Shown: one piece after another, positions 43,750-55,582 of the stretch | Numbering within the stretch: position 1 is the first letter of the stretch | Layout of the letters: each line of letters opens with the position of its first letter | NCBI RefSeq assembly: GCF_018350175.1 | Contig: NC_058383.1 | Coordinates: 3,844,001-3,908,000, forward strand | Length of the DNA stretch: 64,000 nt | Reading direction: 5' to 3' | Source of the DNA: Felis catus | Taxonomy: Eukaryota | The notes under the pieces: generated by a model | Seen by the model: only the letters and a program-made list of their open reading frames with translations | Database searches by the model: none | What the model was told of the DNA's origin: nothing | Translations under genes and position numbers: made by a program

Positions 43750-44112
43750 TGGCCTCACATTGGTGTGCGGGGTCCGCTCGTGAGAGCCGCCTGCCACACC
43801 TCCAGGAATTTTGTGAGCCCGTTGCTAAAGCCATCGGTAAAAATTTTAATTCTCTAAATTACATTGGAAACAAAGGTAGTGAGTACTCGACTCGTCACTC
43901 GCTGCTACCTGGGCCACCCCCACCCATGGCGTCTGTACAGCGGGTGGACCGTCCGACCGTAACTGGCTCCCCCGGCTGCCCAGTGACGTCGCGTTGGCAG
44001 CTTGGAATTCCACCGTTTGGGGAGTATTTACACCACGGAAATTATCAAACGCTACGAGCCAGCCCTTGTGCCCCCCAACGAGCTAGCTGAACGTTTACTT
44101 TCGTGCCACTGA
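43750..44112. mobile_element. MER63-like (hAT-Blackjack) DNA transposon remnant
   Basis: gggagtatttacaccacggaaattatcaaacgctac and cagtgacgtcgcgttggcagcttg resemble the MER63 consensus as I recall it. Confidence 0.55.
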
Positions 44113-44262
44113 ATAATAGAAATGAGAGAGCTCGTTGAGTTCACTCAGAATTGGTGTTCCTCATGTTTTACCTCAATAAACACTTTTTTAAGCTATGAAA
44201 TTAGTACTTGAACTCCTTTCTAGGTCTCCAATTTTGTAGGTCTAAATGCCGTTAACCTTTGA

Positions 44263-44475
44263 ATTTTAAATTTTTTTCACGTTTATTCATGTTTTGAGAG
44301 ACAGAGAAAGTGCGAGCAGGGGAGGGGCAGAGAGAGAGGGAGACAGAATCGGAAGCGGGCTCCAGGCTCCGAGCTGTCAGCACAGAGCCCGACGTGGGGA
44401 CTTGAACCATGGACCACGAGATCACGACCTGAGCCGAAGTCAGACATTTAACTGCCCGAACCACCCAGGCTCCCC
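44263..44475 (-). mobile_element. Can-SINE with a 17-bp TSD
   Basis: aatgccgttaacctttg (44245-44261) / aatgccattaacctttg (44476-44492). Confidence 0.95.
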
Positions 44476-45094
44476 AATGCCATTAACCTTTGGGCCTGAT
44501 GTCTATGCGGTGGCCCAATGAGCCAGTAAACTCGCACCAAAACCACGGGTCATTAGTGAGCTATCCGCCGGTATTTTCACACCCAACTTCGTGTGTGTTC
44601 GTGATTCCAGGGCTGGGGCTCTGCAGACCCGGCCCCGCGGCGCCAGCCTCTCCCTTCAACACGGAACACGGGTGCTCCCGCAAGGCGGGAGGGTGCTTCC
44701 TGCTCCTGGCCGCTTCCTGCAGCAAACGCTCCAGCAACGGCAGGGCAGTGGATTGCAGTTAGATTTTGCAGCCCGGCCCGGGGCCAGCCGCCCGCAGGTG
44801 CCTCCTCCCCTCCAGGCTCTGGGACCACCCCCCCCCCCGCCCCACCTGCTGCCCATTCCCCACTCCCGGCAGCAGCTGCGACTCCCCGTGCCTACGGGAT
44901 CGAACAGAACAGCCAGGTGCTTCTCGCCCGACTGGCCCCGACCTGTGCCAGCTGGGCCGAGTCCGTGCCTGCCCCGCGCGCAGGCTCAGCGGCTCTCAGG
45001 ACTTGACCTCCACGGCCCCGCCTTCTCCCAGACGCTACTTCTCTGGCCATTCCTCTGCAGGCAGCGCACAGTGTGGCTGCCCCGGGGACCCCCC

Positions 45095-45260
45095 CCCCCG
45101 GTTCCGAGCGCCTCTCCACTGACAGGTGTGTGACCTTGGGTGCCTTCCCCAGTTTCAGTCCACCCATCCTTCAAATGGTGGTAATAAAACCACTCGAGCT
45201 GTCCCCCGGTTCGAGGAGATCATTGACCTGCGGTGCTGGGCATGGAGCAGGCCTCCCGTA
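45095..45260 (+). mobile_element. MIR fragment
   Basis: tgtgtgaccttgggtg...cagtttc...catccttcaaatggtggtaataa. Confidence 0.5.
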
Positions 45261-45499
45261 AAGACCGCCCAGGACAGACTCCCTCCGCCAGCTCCCTTCC
45301 TCGTCACTCTGCGGCCCCGTCTCCAGGTCCCCGGCACCAGCCGCCCTCAGCACCTCCTGGGTGCCGGCGCGGCATCTCAGACCTCCACGTCCGGGATTCT
45401 GGCAGGTGAGTGCCTGGCTGGTCCTCCCTCCGCCCCCTCTCCGGCATCAGGTGTGTCCTTACTGCTCATCCCTCAGAGGCCCCCCTGCCCCACCACGCT

Positions 45500-45755
45500 G
45501 CCCAGATACCCGACTTCCCACAGCGCCCTGCTTTCACTCAGCTTTATCTTCCCTCCATAGCACTTACCACTGCTAGGCAGCTGTGCATTTGCATAGTCGA
45601 TCATTGACCACCTGCTGACTGTAAGCTCCGGGGGGGGGGGGGGGGGGGGGGGGTAAGGCCCCCCCTCCCCTGCTCCCTTGTTCTCCAGAACCTGAAACAC
45701 TAGCACAGTGAAGGGACTCAGTCATTGCTCGCTCGCTCGCTCATTGAATGAATGA
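45500..45755 (+). mobile_element. L2 3' end containing a G24 run
   Basis: tccatagcacttaccac...ctgtaagctcc...ctagcacagtg...tgaatgaatga. Confidence 0.6.
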
Positions 45756-46429
45756 CTCCCCAAACTCCACCTCTTCTGCCCCAATCCCAAGGGAATGGCA
45801 CCTCCCGGAAAGCCAGAATCCTGCTGTTGCCATGATTTTTCCCTGTTCGCCCTCCTGTCCCCAAATCCGCCCCCAGGTCCTACAAATCCTCCCCGTGAAC
45901 GGTTGCTGAAACGGCCTACTTGCCATCCTGGTGGCCTTTGCCTCACTGGGGCGACCTCCCTGTCTCCTGGGCCACCCCATCCACTCTCTATCCTGCTGCC
46001 CGACATCAGTCCCCCCTCAGGTGCAGCAAGCCCCAGGAAGTAGGCCTGCCCCTCCCCACCCCTAGGCCCGAGGGCCTCTGGGATCACGTTGGGCTCCAGT
46101 CCCTCTGGAAACCCTTTCCGCCAGCACCCTGCCTGCCCAGCCCAGCATTTCCCACCCACCATGGTCACCGCCCGGGGCATCGCCCTGAGCCTCCACCCAG
46201 TCTGCAGGTGGGAATACTGTGGCCACACCTCCCCCAGAACTACTCCTCTCTAGGCCTGCTGCCCGCAGCCCGGGGCTGTGGTGGGCATCGAGCAAGACTT
46301 TCTAAAGCACCATGAGAGCCTAGATCGGTGCCACACAGAGGGGAGCCTCAGAAGAAAACACTGCTGAGGCGTTCGGCTGTTCCCTGCAAACTGCCACACG
46401 CCGCAGTTTGTTTCACGTTTCAGGTCCTA

Positions 46430-47110
46430 GTGAGCAGCGGACCCGCGGAAGGCGGTGTCGTCTGTGGTCAGGTAACCGCCTACAAGTGGGACAACGGCGC
46501 TGCGGCCGGAGGCAGGCCGCCTCCTAAGGGCACCGGGCACCCGGAATCCATCGGGGAGGACCTGGGGCCTTGAGGTGCTGAAGTCACGGGGTGCTGGGGG
46601 TTGCGGGGTCGCGGGGGAGGGGCGAGGTTCCGGGGTCTCGGGGCCCCAGGTCGCAAGGTTCCGGGGTCCGCAGCCCACTGAGGCAACCGCGAACCCACCT
46701 GGGCCCGTGGGCGAGCGCTGACGGCCCCGCCCCCTCGGACTTGCTCCACCAAAGCCCATTGGTCGGCGGCCTGTCCGCCCCGCCCACGTGACGCGACACG
46801 TGACGCGACCCGGAAGTGGCGGGCCGCGGGCCGGGCTGCGGGCGGGACTCCCGGAGTCGCCGGTGTTGGCGGCGGCGGCGACATGTTCACGGCGGGGGCC
46901 GAGAGTCTGCTCCACCAGGCCAGGTGCCCCGACCTTTCCCTGGGGGCTCTTGGCGGGGGGTGGGGGGGGGGAGGTTGTCTCAGGCGACCCGTGCGTGACG
47001 ACTCTAAGCAGCCCTCCTGGACCCGCTCTAGCGACCAGGGGGACGGGGAGGCCACGCCGTCCAAGTCTGGGGTTGGGGGCCCGGGATGGGGCCCCGCGGA
47101 CTGGCGAAGG
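46430..47110 (+). promoter_or_regulatory. AP5Z1: AP5Z1 CpG-island promoter: inverted CCAAT (ATTGG 46758-46762), GC boxes (~46775-46785), two CACGTGAC motifs (46785-46792, 46797-46804), ETS CCGGAAGT (46810-46817)
   Basis: Motifs read directly 65-125 nt upstream of the ATG at 46883; dense CpG; no TATA box. Confidence 0.85.
46883..46923 (+). CDS. AP5Z1: AP5Z1 exon 1 (CDS portion)
   Basis: gcgacATG; MFTAGAESLLHQA(R); CAG|gtgccc. Confidence 0.93.
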
Positions 47111-49796
47111 CTTGTGGGTGAGAGCCACCCCCGCCCCACGCCAGAAGCTCCCACATGCTTTGGGGTCAGCAGCACAGAGCCACCCAGAGGCTGGAGAGCC
47201 TGGTGGAACTGAGCCACAGCAGCGAGCACAGCGCCAGGCTCAGGAGTTTGATACCATCCGAGGGGTGGGGGAGCCAAGGGAGGATTTTGCGATTTAGAAA
47301 GACGCCTTCCTGCGGAGGGATTAGATAAGTGGAGAAATTACCCACCTGCTTCTGGCCCCCAGCTGGCCCTGGATCGCCACTAACTCATCGGTAGCCCTTT
47401 GCCCGCCAACTAACCAGTCATGAGACAAAGCAGAAAGGGGGCCAGGGCTAAAACGCCACCGTCATCAGATGGTGTAAGACTTGAAGCTACTTGTATCCAA
47501 AAAACCGCCCGTGGTCAACTTTTTTTTAAAAAAACCCCAAACTCGATCTGGCGCTGGACCGATTGGTGGGAAGGATTAGGATCGCTGAAGCCGCTGTAAT
47601 TTAGTGAAGTGAGATCTTGAATGTATATTAGGTTCCAAAGGCTGTGAACGGGGCAAAAATATGTGGCCAAAATGACCCTGCTGGGAAAGTGCCTCATCGA
47701 TTTGTGGCCCCGTCTATGTCTCCATCACTGTTGGGCAGATACTCCAATATTCAAGTTCCAATGTTATGGTTCTTGCTCACTTGAATTTAGGGGTTGTAGG
47801 AAGTGAAAATAGGTATCTTTAAATACTAGCCTCTCCCTCAAGATGCAACATGGCCACGCCCACGTTCTTGCCAGACGACACTAAGAGCAGACACCCACTC
47901 AGAACTTCAGTGGGTTTACTTCTCCCAACTCCCCTCTGCTCCTGGTCATAAATTTCGTGGAATGAAAGGCAGGATGACTAGCCCTCACCATCTAAATATT
48001 TCTCTCGCGCTGACTTGGCGGGTGAGTGTGGGTGGTTTGAAGGTAGAGTGCGGTTCGATATCCAAAAGTGAAATACACGTGTGATGCAATTCCTCTCTCT
48101 CAGCGTTTGAGGAAAGCTAGTCCCTATCAGGTGTCACTGGTTTTCACTCTGTTTGGCTCTAATGAAGCCGGTGATTTGGGGGAGCACTTTAAGTTGCCGA
48201 TGTCCGGGAGTTAGGATTTGGAGTGAGTTTTTGTTTCTGAATTCTTCAGAGCTGGAAGGCAAGGGTGGACAAAGCGGCCAGGAGCGTCGCTTGTGAGCTG
48301 AAGACTGAGTGAAGGACAGGGGCTCTGAGAACGGGTGTGCAGAGTGCAGCAAGTCAGGGGGCGGTTCCAGAAGCTCCAGCCAACCGGAGGCTCGGCATGA
48401 GGAGATAACCAGCAAGGGATAAAGTCAGGGGTATTTCAGGCAGAAGGTCCATGCCCGGGCGGGGGCAAGAGCAGGGGAAACAGAACTGTGGGATTCTTAG
48501 ACCAACTAAGGAAGGCCAGGGACCCTCTACTCATTGTTAGGGTCGGTAGGAGCTTGGCTCTGATGGCCCTGGGGAGCCACTGAGGGGTTGGAGCAGACTG
48601 GGTTTTAGAAAGCATCCTGCCACATGGGGAACATGCTGGAAAGGATTCATTTGGGAGGAGGAGCCTCCCATATTATTTTGAGACGGTCTGGTAGCTTCAG
48701 TCCCATTAACCCGGTTAGAAACGACCTGGCCTGGCCTCTTGTCTTTCTGTGTCCTCCCCCCACAGCGCCGGTTACGTGGTAGGTCACCGAATCCGACTCT
48801 GGCTACGTCAAAGGGAAACAAAAATGAAAATGGGCTGGGAGGGGAGAGGGAGACCTGAAGTGGTGGCAGATTCATTGAGATTTATCCGCCAGCCTCCAAG
48901 TAAGAACAGGAAAGACGAGATGCAGCCCCAGGACCCCAGGACCCCAGCTCCCGATGTCTGCTTAACCTTCTCATCAGCCCAAGTCTGGAGATGCCCCATC
49001 TGTAGTGGTTCAAATTTCCAGACTCTCCCGAGTTCGAGCATCTCATGGGTCCAGTGGGGATTCGGTGGCCTTCAGTCATGGCTCGGGGAAAGATGGGGGC
49101 CTTCTCCGAGACCCCCCCCCCCCAGCCACCCCGGAGGTCCCTAGGACCGCGTCTCCTTGGCATGTTATCTTCTCTTAGCTTCTGGAATGAAACAGAACTT
49201 AAAACCGGCTTTCCATTTTGAGACTTTGTTCAATGTCTTACCAGTTGTCAACGCTCAACAGATACTATTTTTAACCAGGCAGATTAAACCCTGGAATAAG
49301 AAGCTGTGTGTGGTAGTCACACCTTACGTGTCACTACACTTGTCCTTTAATACATGAGATTCTGCTCTTGTCCCAGAAGGTCAAGGCTCGTTGAGCGGAT
49401 CTTTTGAAAAGCAACTTACTTCAAACTAAACCTCCCTTAATACAGACTCCTAAAACCAATCGGTTTTAGTTCTTCCGCTCCTGGGACAACCAAATCCGAA
49501 TGCGTGTGGTCTCTATCGGGGCTTGCTGTCGGGATTGGTGGTCTCCCCACGGCCCTGCCCGCCAGGGGAGGGGGGAGGAGACCCGGTGATGGCTGGGCCC
49601 CAGGGAGGGAGGGAGGAACCAGGCCGGGTAATCAGGTGGGTCCCCACGAGAGGCAGAGGTGCCACGGGATGGTAGAATCGCTCTCCCGCCCACACCCGGC
49701 CTACCCTGCTCGATGGGCCTTTCCTCCCGTGCGAGAGCTGCTCTGTCCATGGCTCTCTGCCAGGACACCAGGTGGCTGACCTCGCTCTCTGCTCAG

Positions 49797-49934
49797 GGAC
49801 ATCCGGGACGAAGAGCTGAAGAAGTTCTGTTCCCGGGTCGTTAACCTGCTGCAGAAGGACGAGCTGGGGCCCGACGCCGTGGACGCCCTGCAGAGGCTCT
49901 TCCTCATCGTGTCAGCCACAAAATACAAGAGGAA
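49797..49934 (+). CDS. AP5Z1: AP5Z1 exon 2
   Basis: gctcag|G; DIRDEELKKFCSRVVNLLQKDELGPDAVDALQRLFLIVSATKYKR; GAA|gtgagt. Confidence 0.94.
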
Positions 49935-50198
49935 GTGAGTGTGATGGTCTCTGGGGTGCTGCGGGCCCCGGGCCAGGCACCCGACACGAGAGGCCGGAGG
50001 CGGATACCCGTCAGCGCGGGGCAGCTTGGCGCAAACGTACGCGTTTGGCGCTTGAGTCTTATGTCCACTTGAGCCAGTGCTGAAGGCCCTCGGATCCAGA
50101 ACGTTCTCTCTGCCTGCCGGACGGTCCGGGGCGGTGGCCCCAGGGGGGCTTCTGTTGGGACATGGCCCCTGCTCACACGGCCTTGCCCCCCCCCCCAG

Positions 50199-50385
50199 GC
50201 TGGAGGACACCTGCGTGCACCTGCTGCAGGCCACCCTGTGCTCGCCCAAGTGCCCCGAGCAGCTCCAGCTCCTGTGCGCTTCCATCCTGAGAGAGACGTC
50301 GCCCCGCGACGACCTGACCCTGTCCTGTGACCACATCCAGAGCACCCGGCAGCTGAGTCTGGTGGCCTCTGTGCTCTTGGCCCAG
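50199..50385 (+). CDS. AP5Z1: AP5Z1 exon 3
   Basis: ccccag|G; LEDTCVHLLQATLCSPKCPEQLQLLCASILRE...VASVLLAQ; CAG|gtaatg. Confidence 0.94.
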
Positions 50386-50589
50386 GTAATGTGGCCGTCC
50401 CTGCTTAAGTGGGCCTCCCTGCCCTAGGTCACCCTGGGGTGCCGGCGCACGGCCCCTGTGCGGGCACCGACCTGCGGCACAGGCGGGCTCGGCTTGGCCT
50501 CCCCCTCCATTTGGCCATGTTTCCGGCTGTCGCTCTTGTACCAGTTCTCCGACACCTGTGTGCTTGTAGAAGCGACAGAAACACTAACC

Positions 50590-51590
50590 TCTCCCCACCC
50601 ACCCTGCCTCCCTCCACTCCTCCTGCCTCCCCACCCACCTACCGCCTCCCCCTGCCTCTCCCCACCGCCTCCTCCTGCCTACCCTCCCCGCCACCTCCTG
50701 CTTCCCCCCACTGCTGCCTCCCAACCCCCCCACCTACCGCCTCCTCTTGCCTCCCCCTCCTGTCTCCCCACCCACCCACCTACCGCCTCCCCCTGCCTCC
50801 CCCCGCCACCTCCTGCTTCCCCCCACCGCTGCCTCCCCACCCACCCACCCACCTACCGCCTCCCCCTGCCTCCCCCCGCCACCTCCTGCTTCCCCCCACC
50901 GCTGCCTCCCCACCCACCCACCCACCTACCGCCTCCCCCTGCCTCTCCCCATCGCCTCCCCCTGCCTCCCCCTCCTGCCTCCCCACCCCCCTGCTCCCCC
51001 TGCCTCCTACCCCACCTCCTGCTTCCCCCCACCGCTGCCTCCCCACCCACCCACCTATCGCCTCCCCCTGCCTCTCCCCATCACCTCCCCCTGCCTCCCC
51101 CTCCTGCCTCCCCACCCCCCTGCTCCCCCTGCCTCCCCCCCCGCTTCCTGCTTCCCCCCACCACTGCCTCCCAACCCCCCACCTACTGCCTCCTCTTGCC
51201 TCCCCCTCCTGTCTCCCCACCCACCCACCTACCGCCTCCCCCTGCCTCTCCCCATCGCCTCCCCCTGCCTCTCCCCATCGCCTCCCCCTGCCTCCCCCCA
51301 CCACCTCCTGCTTCCCCCCACTGCTGCCTCCCCACCCACCCACCCACCTACTGCCTCCTCCTGCCTCCCCCTCCTGCCTCCCCACCCACCCCCCCTACCG
51401 CCTCCCCCTGCCTCTCCTCATCGCCTCCCCCTGCCTCCCCCTCCTGCCTCCCCACCCCCCTGCTCCCCTGCCTCCCCCCCACGGCCTCCTGCTTCCCCCC
51501 ACCACTGCCTCCCCACCCCCCCACCTACCGCTTTCTCTTGCCTCCCCGCCCCCATTCCTATCTACCCCCATCTCCTCCTGTCTCCTCTCG
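50590..51590. repeat. C-rich (polypyrimidine/polypurine) compound minisatellite in AP5Z1 intron 3
   Basis: Recurring modules cccacccacctaccgcctccccctgcctc and acctcctgcttccccccaccgctgcctcc. Confidence 0.95.
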
Positions 51591-51803
51591 TCTCTGGGGA
51601 AGCAGCAGAGCTCTGTGAAGGCCAATCCAGGCCCCAGTCCTGGACACGGGTAAAAGGTGACGTCACCGAAAGAACGATGCTAGTAGAGCAGCAGCCTTCA
51701 GAACCAGACGGTCCTTTTCCAGAAGTTTTCAGACCAAAATGACTTGTCGCTCTCACGCCGACGTAAGTCACCGCTTTCCGGTCCACCTGTGTTCTGTTTG
51801 AAG

Positions 51804-51948
51804 GGTGACCCGAAGGGGGAGGTCAGGAGCGTGGGCCAGCGTGTCTTCAGGATCCTCGAGAGCCGGCAGCCCGAGGGGCCCAGTCCCAGGCACCTGCTCC
51901 CAGTCGTGTCCAAGATCACCCACCTCGCCCCGCACACCCTCCACGAAG
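51804..51948 (+). CDS. AP5Z1: AP5Z1 exon 4
   Basis: ttgaag|GGT; GDPKGEVRSVGQRVFRILESRQPEGPSPRHLLPVVSKITHLAPHTLHE; AAG|gtattc. Confidence 0.93.
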
Positions 51949-52146
51949 GTATTCGTCCTCCGGGAGAGGCCCGTGCGGGCGGCGCAGAGGGAGGCGGTCC
52001 GGGGCGGCCTGGGGCACAGCACCCTCTCGGGAGCAGCTGCTTGTTTTCGAGAAAGACCTACGAGTGCCCTTGCAGCCCGCATCTGGGGATTTACGTATTT
52101 CCCACCTGTTATCCCCGCTCCCCCCCCGCCCCCCACCGACCCATAG

Positions 52147-52259
52147 ACCAGACCAACCAGCTCAGCAAGCGGCTGGTGGACTGGCTCCGCTACGCCAGCG
52201 TCCAGCAAGGGGTCGCGCACACTTCCGGAGGCTTCTTCTCCACACCCAGAGCCCGGCAG
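52147..52259 (+). CDS. AP5Z1: AP5Z1 exon 5
   Basis: ccatag|AC; QTNQLSKRLVDWLRYASVQQGVAHTSGGFFSTPRARQ; CAG|gtgagc. Confidence 0.92.
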
Positions 52260-52664
52260 GTGAGCCTAGGGACTCCCACCGTTCCTGTCCCTGGGCGGCC
52301 CCGGGCCACGTTGGCCGGCCTCGCCCGCGGGGTCCCTTCAGCTCCTCCCATCTTTCCACCCGCCTTGGTTCCAGAATGATCCCTCTGTGTCTCCACTTGG
52401 GTGAGGGAGTTTTGGGTCTCGCAGGGTCACGGCCCCCCAGCCCGGGACGTCGTGTGCCAAACGCGCTGGCGAGCATCGCTTACCTGCCGGGGCCGCGTCC
52501 ACTCGGGCGCTAGCGTTTATGCATCTCCGGGGGCCACCCCCGCTTCTCGAGCGTGGACGGCCACACCCGGTGTGAAGGCGGGGCTCCCTCCCGCTCCCGC
52601 ATGGTCTCCGCCCTCCCCAGCCCGGGTCCCCACAGCGCTGCCCATCCTTCCTTGCCTCCCGCAG

Positions 52665-52833
52665 CCTGGCCCTGTCACCGAGGTGGATGGGGCGGTGGCC
52701 ACGGATTTCTTCACGGTGCTGTCCACGGGCCAGCACTTCACAGAGGACCAGTGGCTGAACGTGCAGGCCTTCTCCATGCTGCGGGCCTGGCTGCTGCACA
52801 GCGACCCCGAGGGGCCCAGCGCCCCGGACGCAG
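52665..52833 (+). CDS. AP5Z1: AP5Z1 exon 6
   Basis: ccgcag|CCT; PGPVTEVDGAVATDFFTVLSTGQHFTEDQWLNVQAFSMLRAWLLHSDPEGPSAPDA; CAG|gtggga. Confidence 0.95.
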
Positions 52834-53174
52834 GTGGGACGTGGTGGGGGAGCCACGGGAAGGGGGGCCTGGGGGAGGCTCCAGGCGGCGCCGGCAGCCC
52901 CGGCCGAGCCTCAGCGGCACCGAGAGGCCCTGCCCGGTCTGGGGCGGGATCCGGAGTGATCACGGAGGGCGGGCGTCATCAGGGTGTCCGGAGAGCTCCC
53001 CTGAGCCCCTTCTCCTCTGCGGTCTGACCGGCGGTGTAGACCGGCTGGACTTGCGGGCGGGGACACCTCCGCTCCACGGGAGCGTCTGCTGAGCTTGAGA
53101 CCGGCCCCGGTGACTTTCACGCCCCCGGACGGGCTGGCCTGGGCGCCCTTCGAGTGCCTCGTTGTCTTTTCCAG

Positions 53175-53315
53175 ACGACAGGTCGGAGCTGGAGGGCTCC
53201 ACGCTGTCCGTGCTGTCGGCCGGCTCCACTGCCGGCCGCCTGCTGCCCCCGCGGGAGCGGCTGCGGGAGAAAGCCTTCGAGTACTGTCAGCGCCTGGCGG
53301 AGCAGAGCACCCGGC
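53175..53315 (+). CDS. AP5Z1: AP5Z1 exon 7
   Basis: ttccag|[51 protein letters not shown]|gtgagt. Confidence 0.95.
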
Positions 53316-53596
53316 GTGAGTCCCAGGGCCGCATCCCAGGCTGCCCGTGGGGCACGTGGGGCAGCCTCTTTTTCCCTGGGGGCTTTGTGTTCCAGACGTA
53401 GACCCCGGGGAGCCGGGCAGTGGACAGAAGCTGTCCCCGGCCCTCCCGGGCATCTGTCCCAATGTCTCGTCCGCCCCGGGGGCCGCTCTCTGCTCCCGGA
53501 TGGCTCCCCGCCCTCTCCTCGAGCTTCCAGAACAGTGTACCCCTCGTTCACTGTTGTGACACTGACACAGATCGGGGGACCGTCTTCCTTCTGCAG

Positions 53597-53634
53597 GAGC
53601 CCTGAGGAAGGGGGACTCAGACCTACAGAAAGCT
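53597..53634 (+). CDS. AP5Z1: AP5Z1 exon 8 (38 nt)
   Basis: ctgcag|GA; ALRKGDSDLQKA; GCT|gtaagt. Confidence 0.93.
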
Positions 53635-53711
53635 GTAAGTGCAGGACGGGCGGGGCACGCGGGGCTCCCCGGCTCCACCCGAGCCCACCCCGTGTCCCCG
53701 CGTCCCCGCAG

Positions 53712-53874
53712 TGCCTGGTGGAGGCTGTGCTGGTGCTGGACGTGCTCTGCAGGCAGGACCCCTCCTTCCTGTACCGCACCCTGTCCTGCCTGAAGGCCCT
53801 GCACGCGCGCCTCTGCGGGGACCCGGCCCGGGTGCGGACGCTGCTGCCCATCGCGCAGTTCTTTCTGAACCACG
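53712..53874 (+). CDS. AP5Z1: AP5Z1 exon 9
   Basis: ccgcag|TGC; CLVEAVLVLDVLCRQDPSFLYRTLSCLKALHARLCGDPARVRTLLPIAQFFLNH; ACG|gtgagc. Confidence 0.95.
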
Positions 53875-54353
53875 GTGAGCCTCCGCCTTGAGCCTGGGCT
53901 CCCGGGGGCTGCCCGGAGAACCTTCCGGTTCCCGGCCTGGGACAGCCTGTCTCTTCTCGCGCTCTGAGGGACTGTGAGCAGCAGGTAGTGTCGTTTTTCG
54001 GCGGGTCGATGTAGCGAATGAAAAGGTAGCGACTTTACGCTGACCTCAGAACTCCTGGCCGTGAGGGTTCACCGGAGTTTCGTGGAAGGGGCCGTGGAAC
54101 CCAGTACCTTCCAAAGAACGTTCCGCATCACGTCCCTCAGAAGGATCGGTCTGTAACCAGAAACTCTCGGGAAGAGCTGAACGTAGTTCAGCCGGTTTTT
54201 CTCGTGCGGGGTGGACACCCCAGAGCCCCTGGTGTCCTGGAGACACGTGTGGCCTCGGAGGCTTGGCCCGTGACCCCGAGGGACCCCAGCCAGCAGCAGA
54301 GGTGGGGACGCACCTGCCGGGGCCCCGGCCCTGACCTTGCTGGTGCCTTTCAG

Positions 54354-54532
54354 GGGAGGCGGCCGCGGTGGACTCGGAAGCCGTCCTCCGGCACCTGCTC
54401 ACCAGGACCCCCTCCGAGTTCTTCCACAGCCCCATGCTGGCCTTCGAGCTCACGTGCTTCTGCAGAGACAACCTTCCCCTGTTTGGCAGGAACCTGGACA
54501 TTCTCAAACGGAGCTTCCCCAACCTCTTCAAG
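54354..54532 (+). CDS. AP5Z1: AP5Z1 exon 10 (followed by a GC donor)
   Basis: tttcag|GG; EAAAVDSEAVLRHLLTRTPSEFFHSPMLAFELTCFCRDNLPLFGRNLDILKRSFPNLFK; AAG|gcacgt. Confidence 0.9.
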
Positions 54533-55161
54533 GCACGTGTTGTCGTCCTCGGCCAGAGCCGGGGGCTGGGGGCCGGGGGGGGGGGGTGTATAGGACGGAG
54601 GGTGAACCGTGGGGCGGCCTGGGGGTCCGTGCGTCACATGGAAACAGCACCTACGCCAGGGGGGAGAGCCCTGTGCTGACCCCCTTCAGAGGAACGGGGG
54701 GCCTGACGGCGGTTTATTCTCACGGGTTTGTCCAGATGGTCACATCCGGTCAGCCCTTCATCCAGGAGCCTTGCCTGCTGTGCCCAGCCCTTTGGTGCTG
54801 TTGACTTCCGATGTCTTTTGTGACCGGTCGTGGTCACTGCGTGGTCTTTGCAAATTCAGCTAGAGACACCGTCCTTTCATCAGAGGGGAAAAAAAGAACA
54901 CGGCAGGTGGAAAGAGATGACGTTGATTGTCGGGAGAAAGCGAACGCAGAATCAGAGCAGGGACAGAGGGCAAACAGGCCGGAGCGTCTCAGGCTCCAGG
55001 ATCACAGGAGGGACCCTCACCCCTGCCGATGGGCAACCCGGGACCCAGGCGCCCTCCCTCTACGGCGGCCCGTGGGCTCCCAGACGACGGCCCTGCTGCT
55101 GGGCTGTGCACCCCACACGGGCCCTCCCGTTCCCATCGAGCCGCCTCGCTTGTCCCTGCAG

Positions 55162-55304
55162 CTCCTGGCCTGGAACAGCCCGCCGCTCACGGCCGAGTTT
55201 GTGGCTCTGCTGCCGTCGCTGGTGGACGCGGACACAGCCGTGGAGGTGCTTCATGCGCTGCTGGACCTGCCCTGTCTGACTGCGGCCTTGGACCTTCAGC
55301 TCAG
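55162..55304 (+). CDS. AP5Z1: AP5Z1 exon 11
   Basis: ctgcag|[53 protein letters not shown]|gtgagc. Confidence 0.95.
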
Positions 55305-55582
55305 GTGAGCCCCGGGGGCGTGCCTCGGCCCCTCCCCGCCCCCGCTGCTCTGCCCCGATGACAGCGCCTCCCTCTGGCTCTTTGCCTCCCGTCGGCGCCA
55401 TCCCCGGGCCCTGGAGCCCCCAGCCCGTTTCTCGCAGGTGGAGCCTCGCCCTGCAGACACCGTGCCCCCGGCCTGCTCCCGTCACCCTGAGGCCCGCTGG
55501 CTCGGGTGCGGTGATATCCCGGAGACGTCTGCTCTGTTTTTCCACGAGCTAAGCCCGGCCTCAGGCACCTGCTTGTTCACAG

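Noticed and set aside
50409..51742. Long proline-rich ORFs (414, 386 and 331 aa) in all three + frames
   Set aside because: They arise from the C-rich minisatellite, which lacks stop codons in every frame, and lie within AP5Z1 intron 3.
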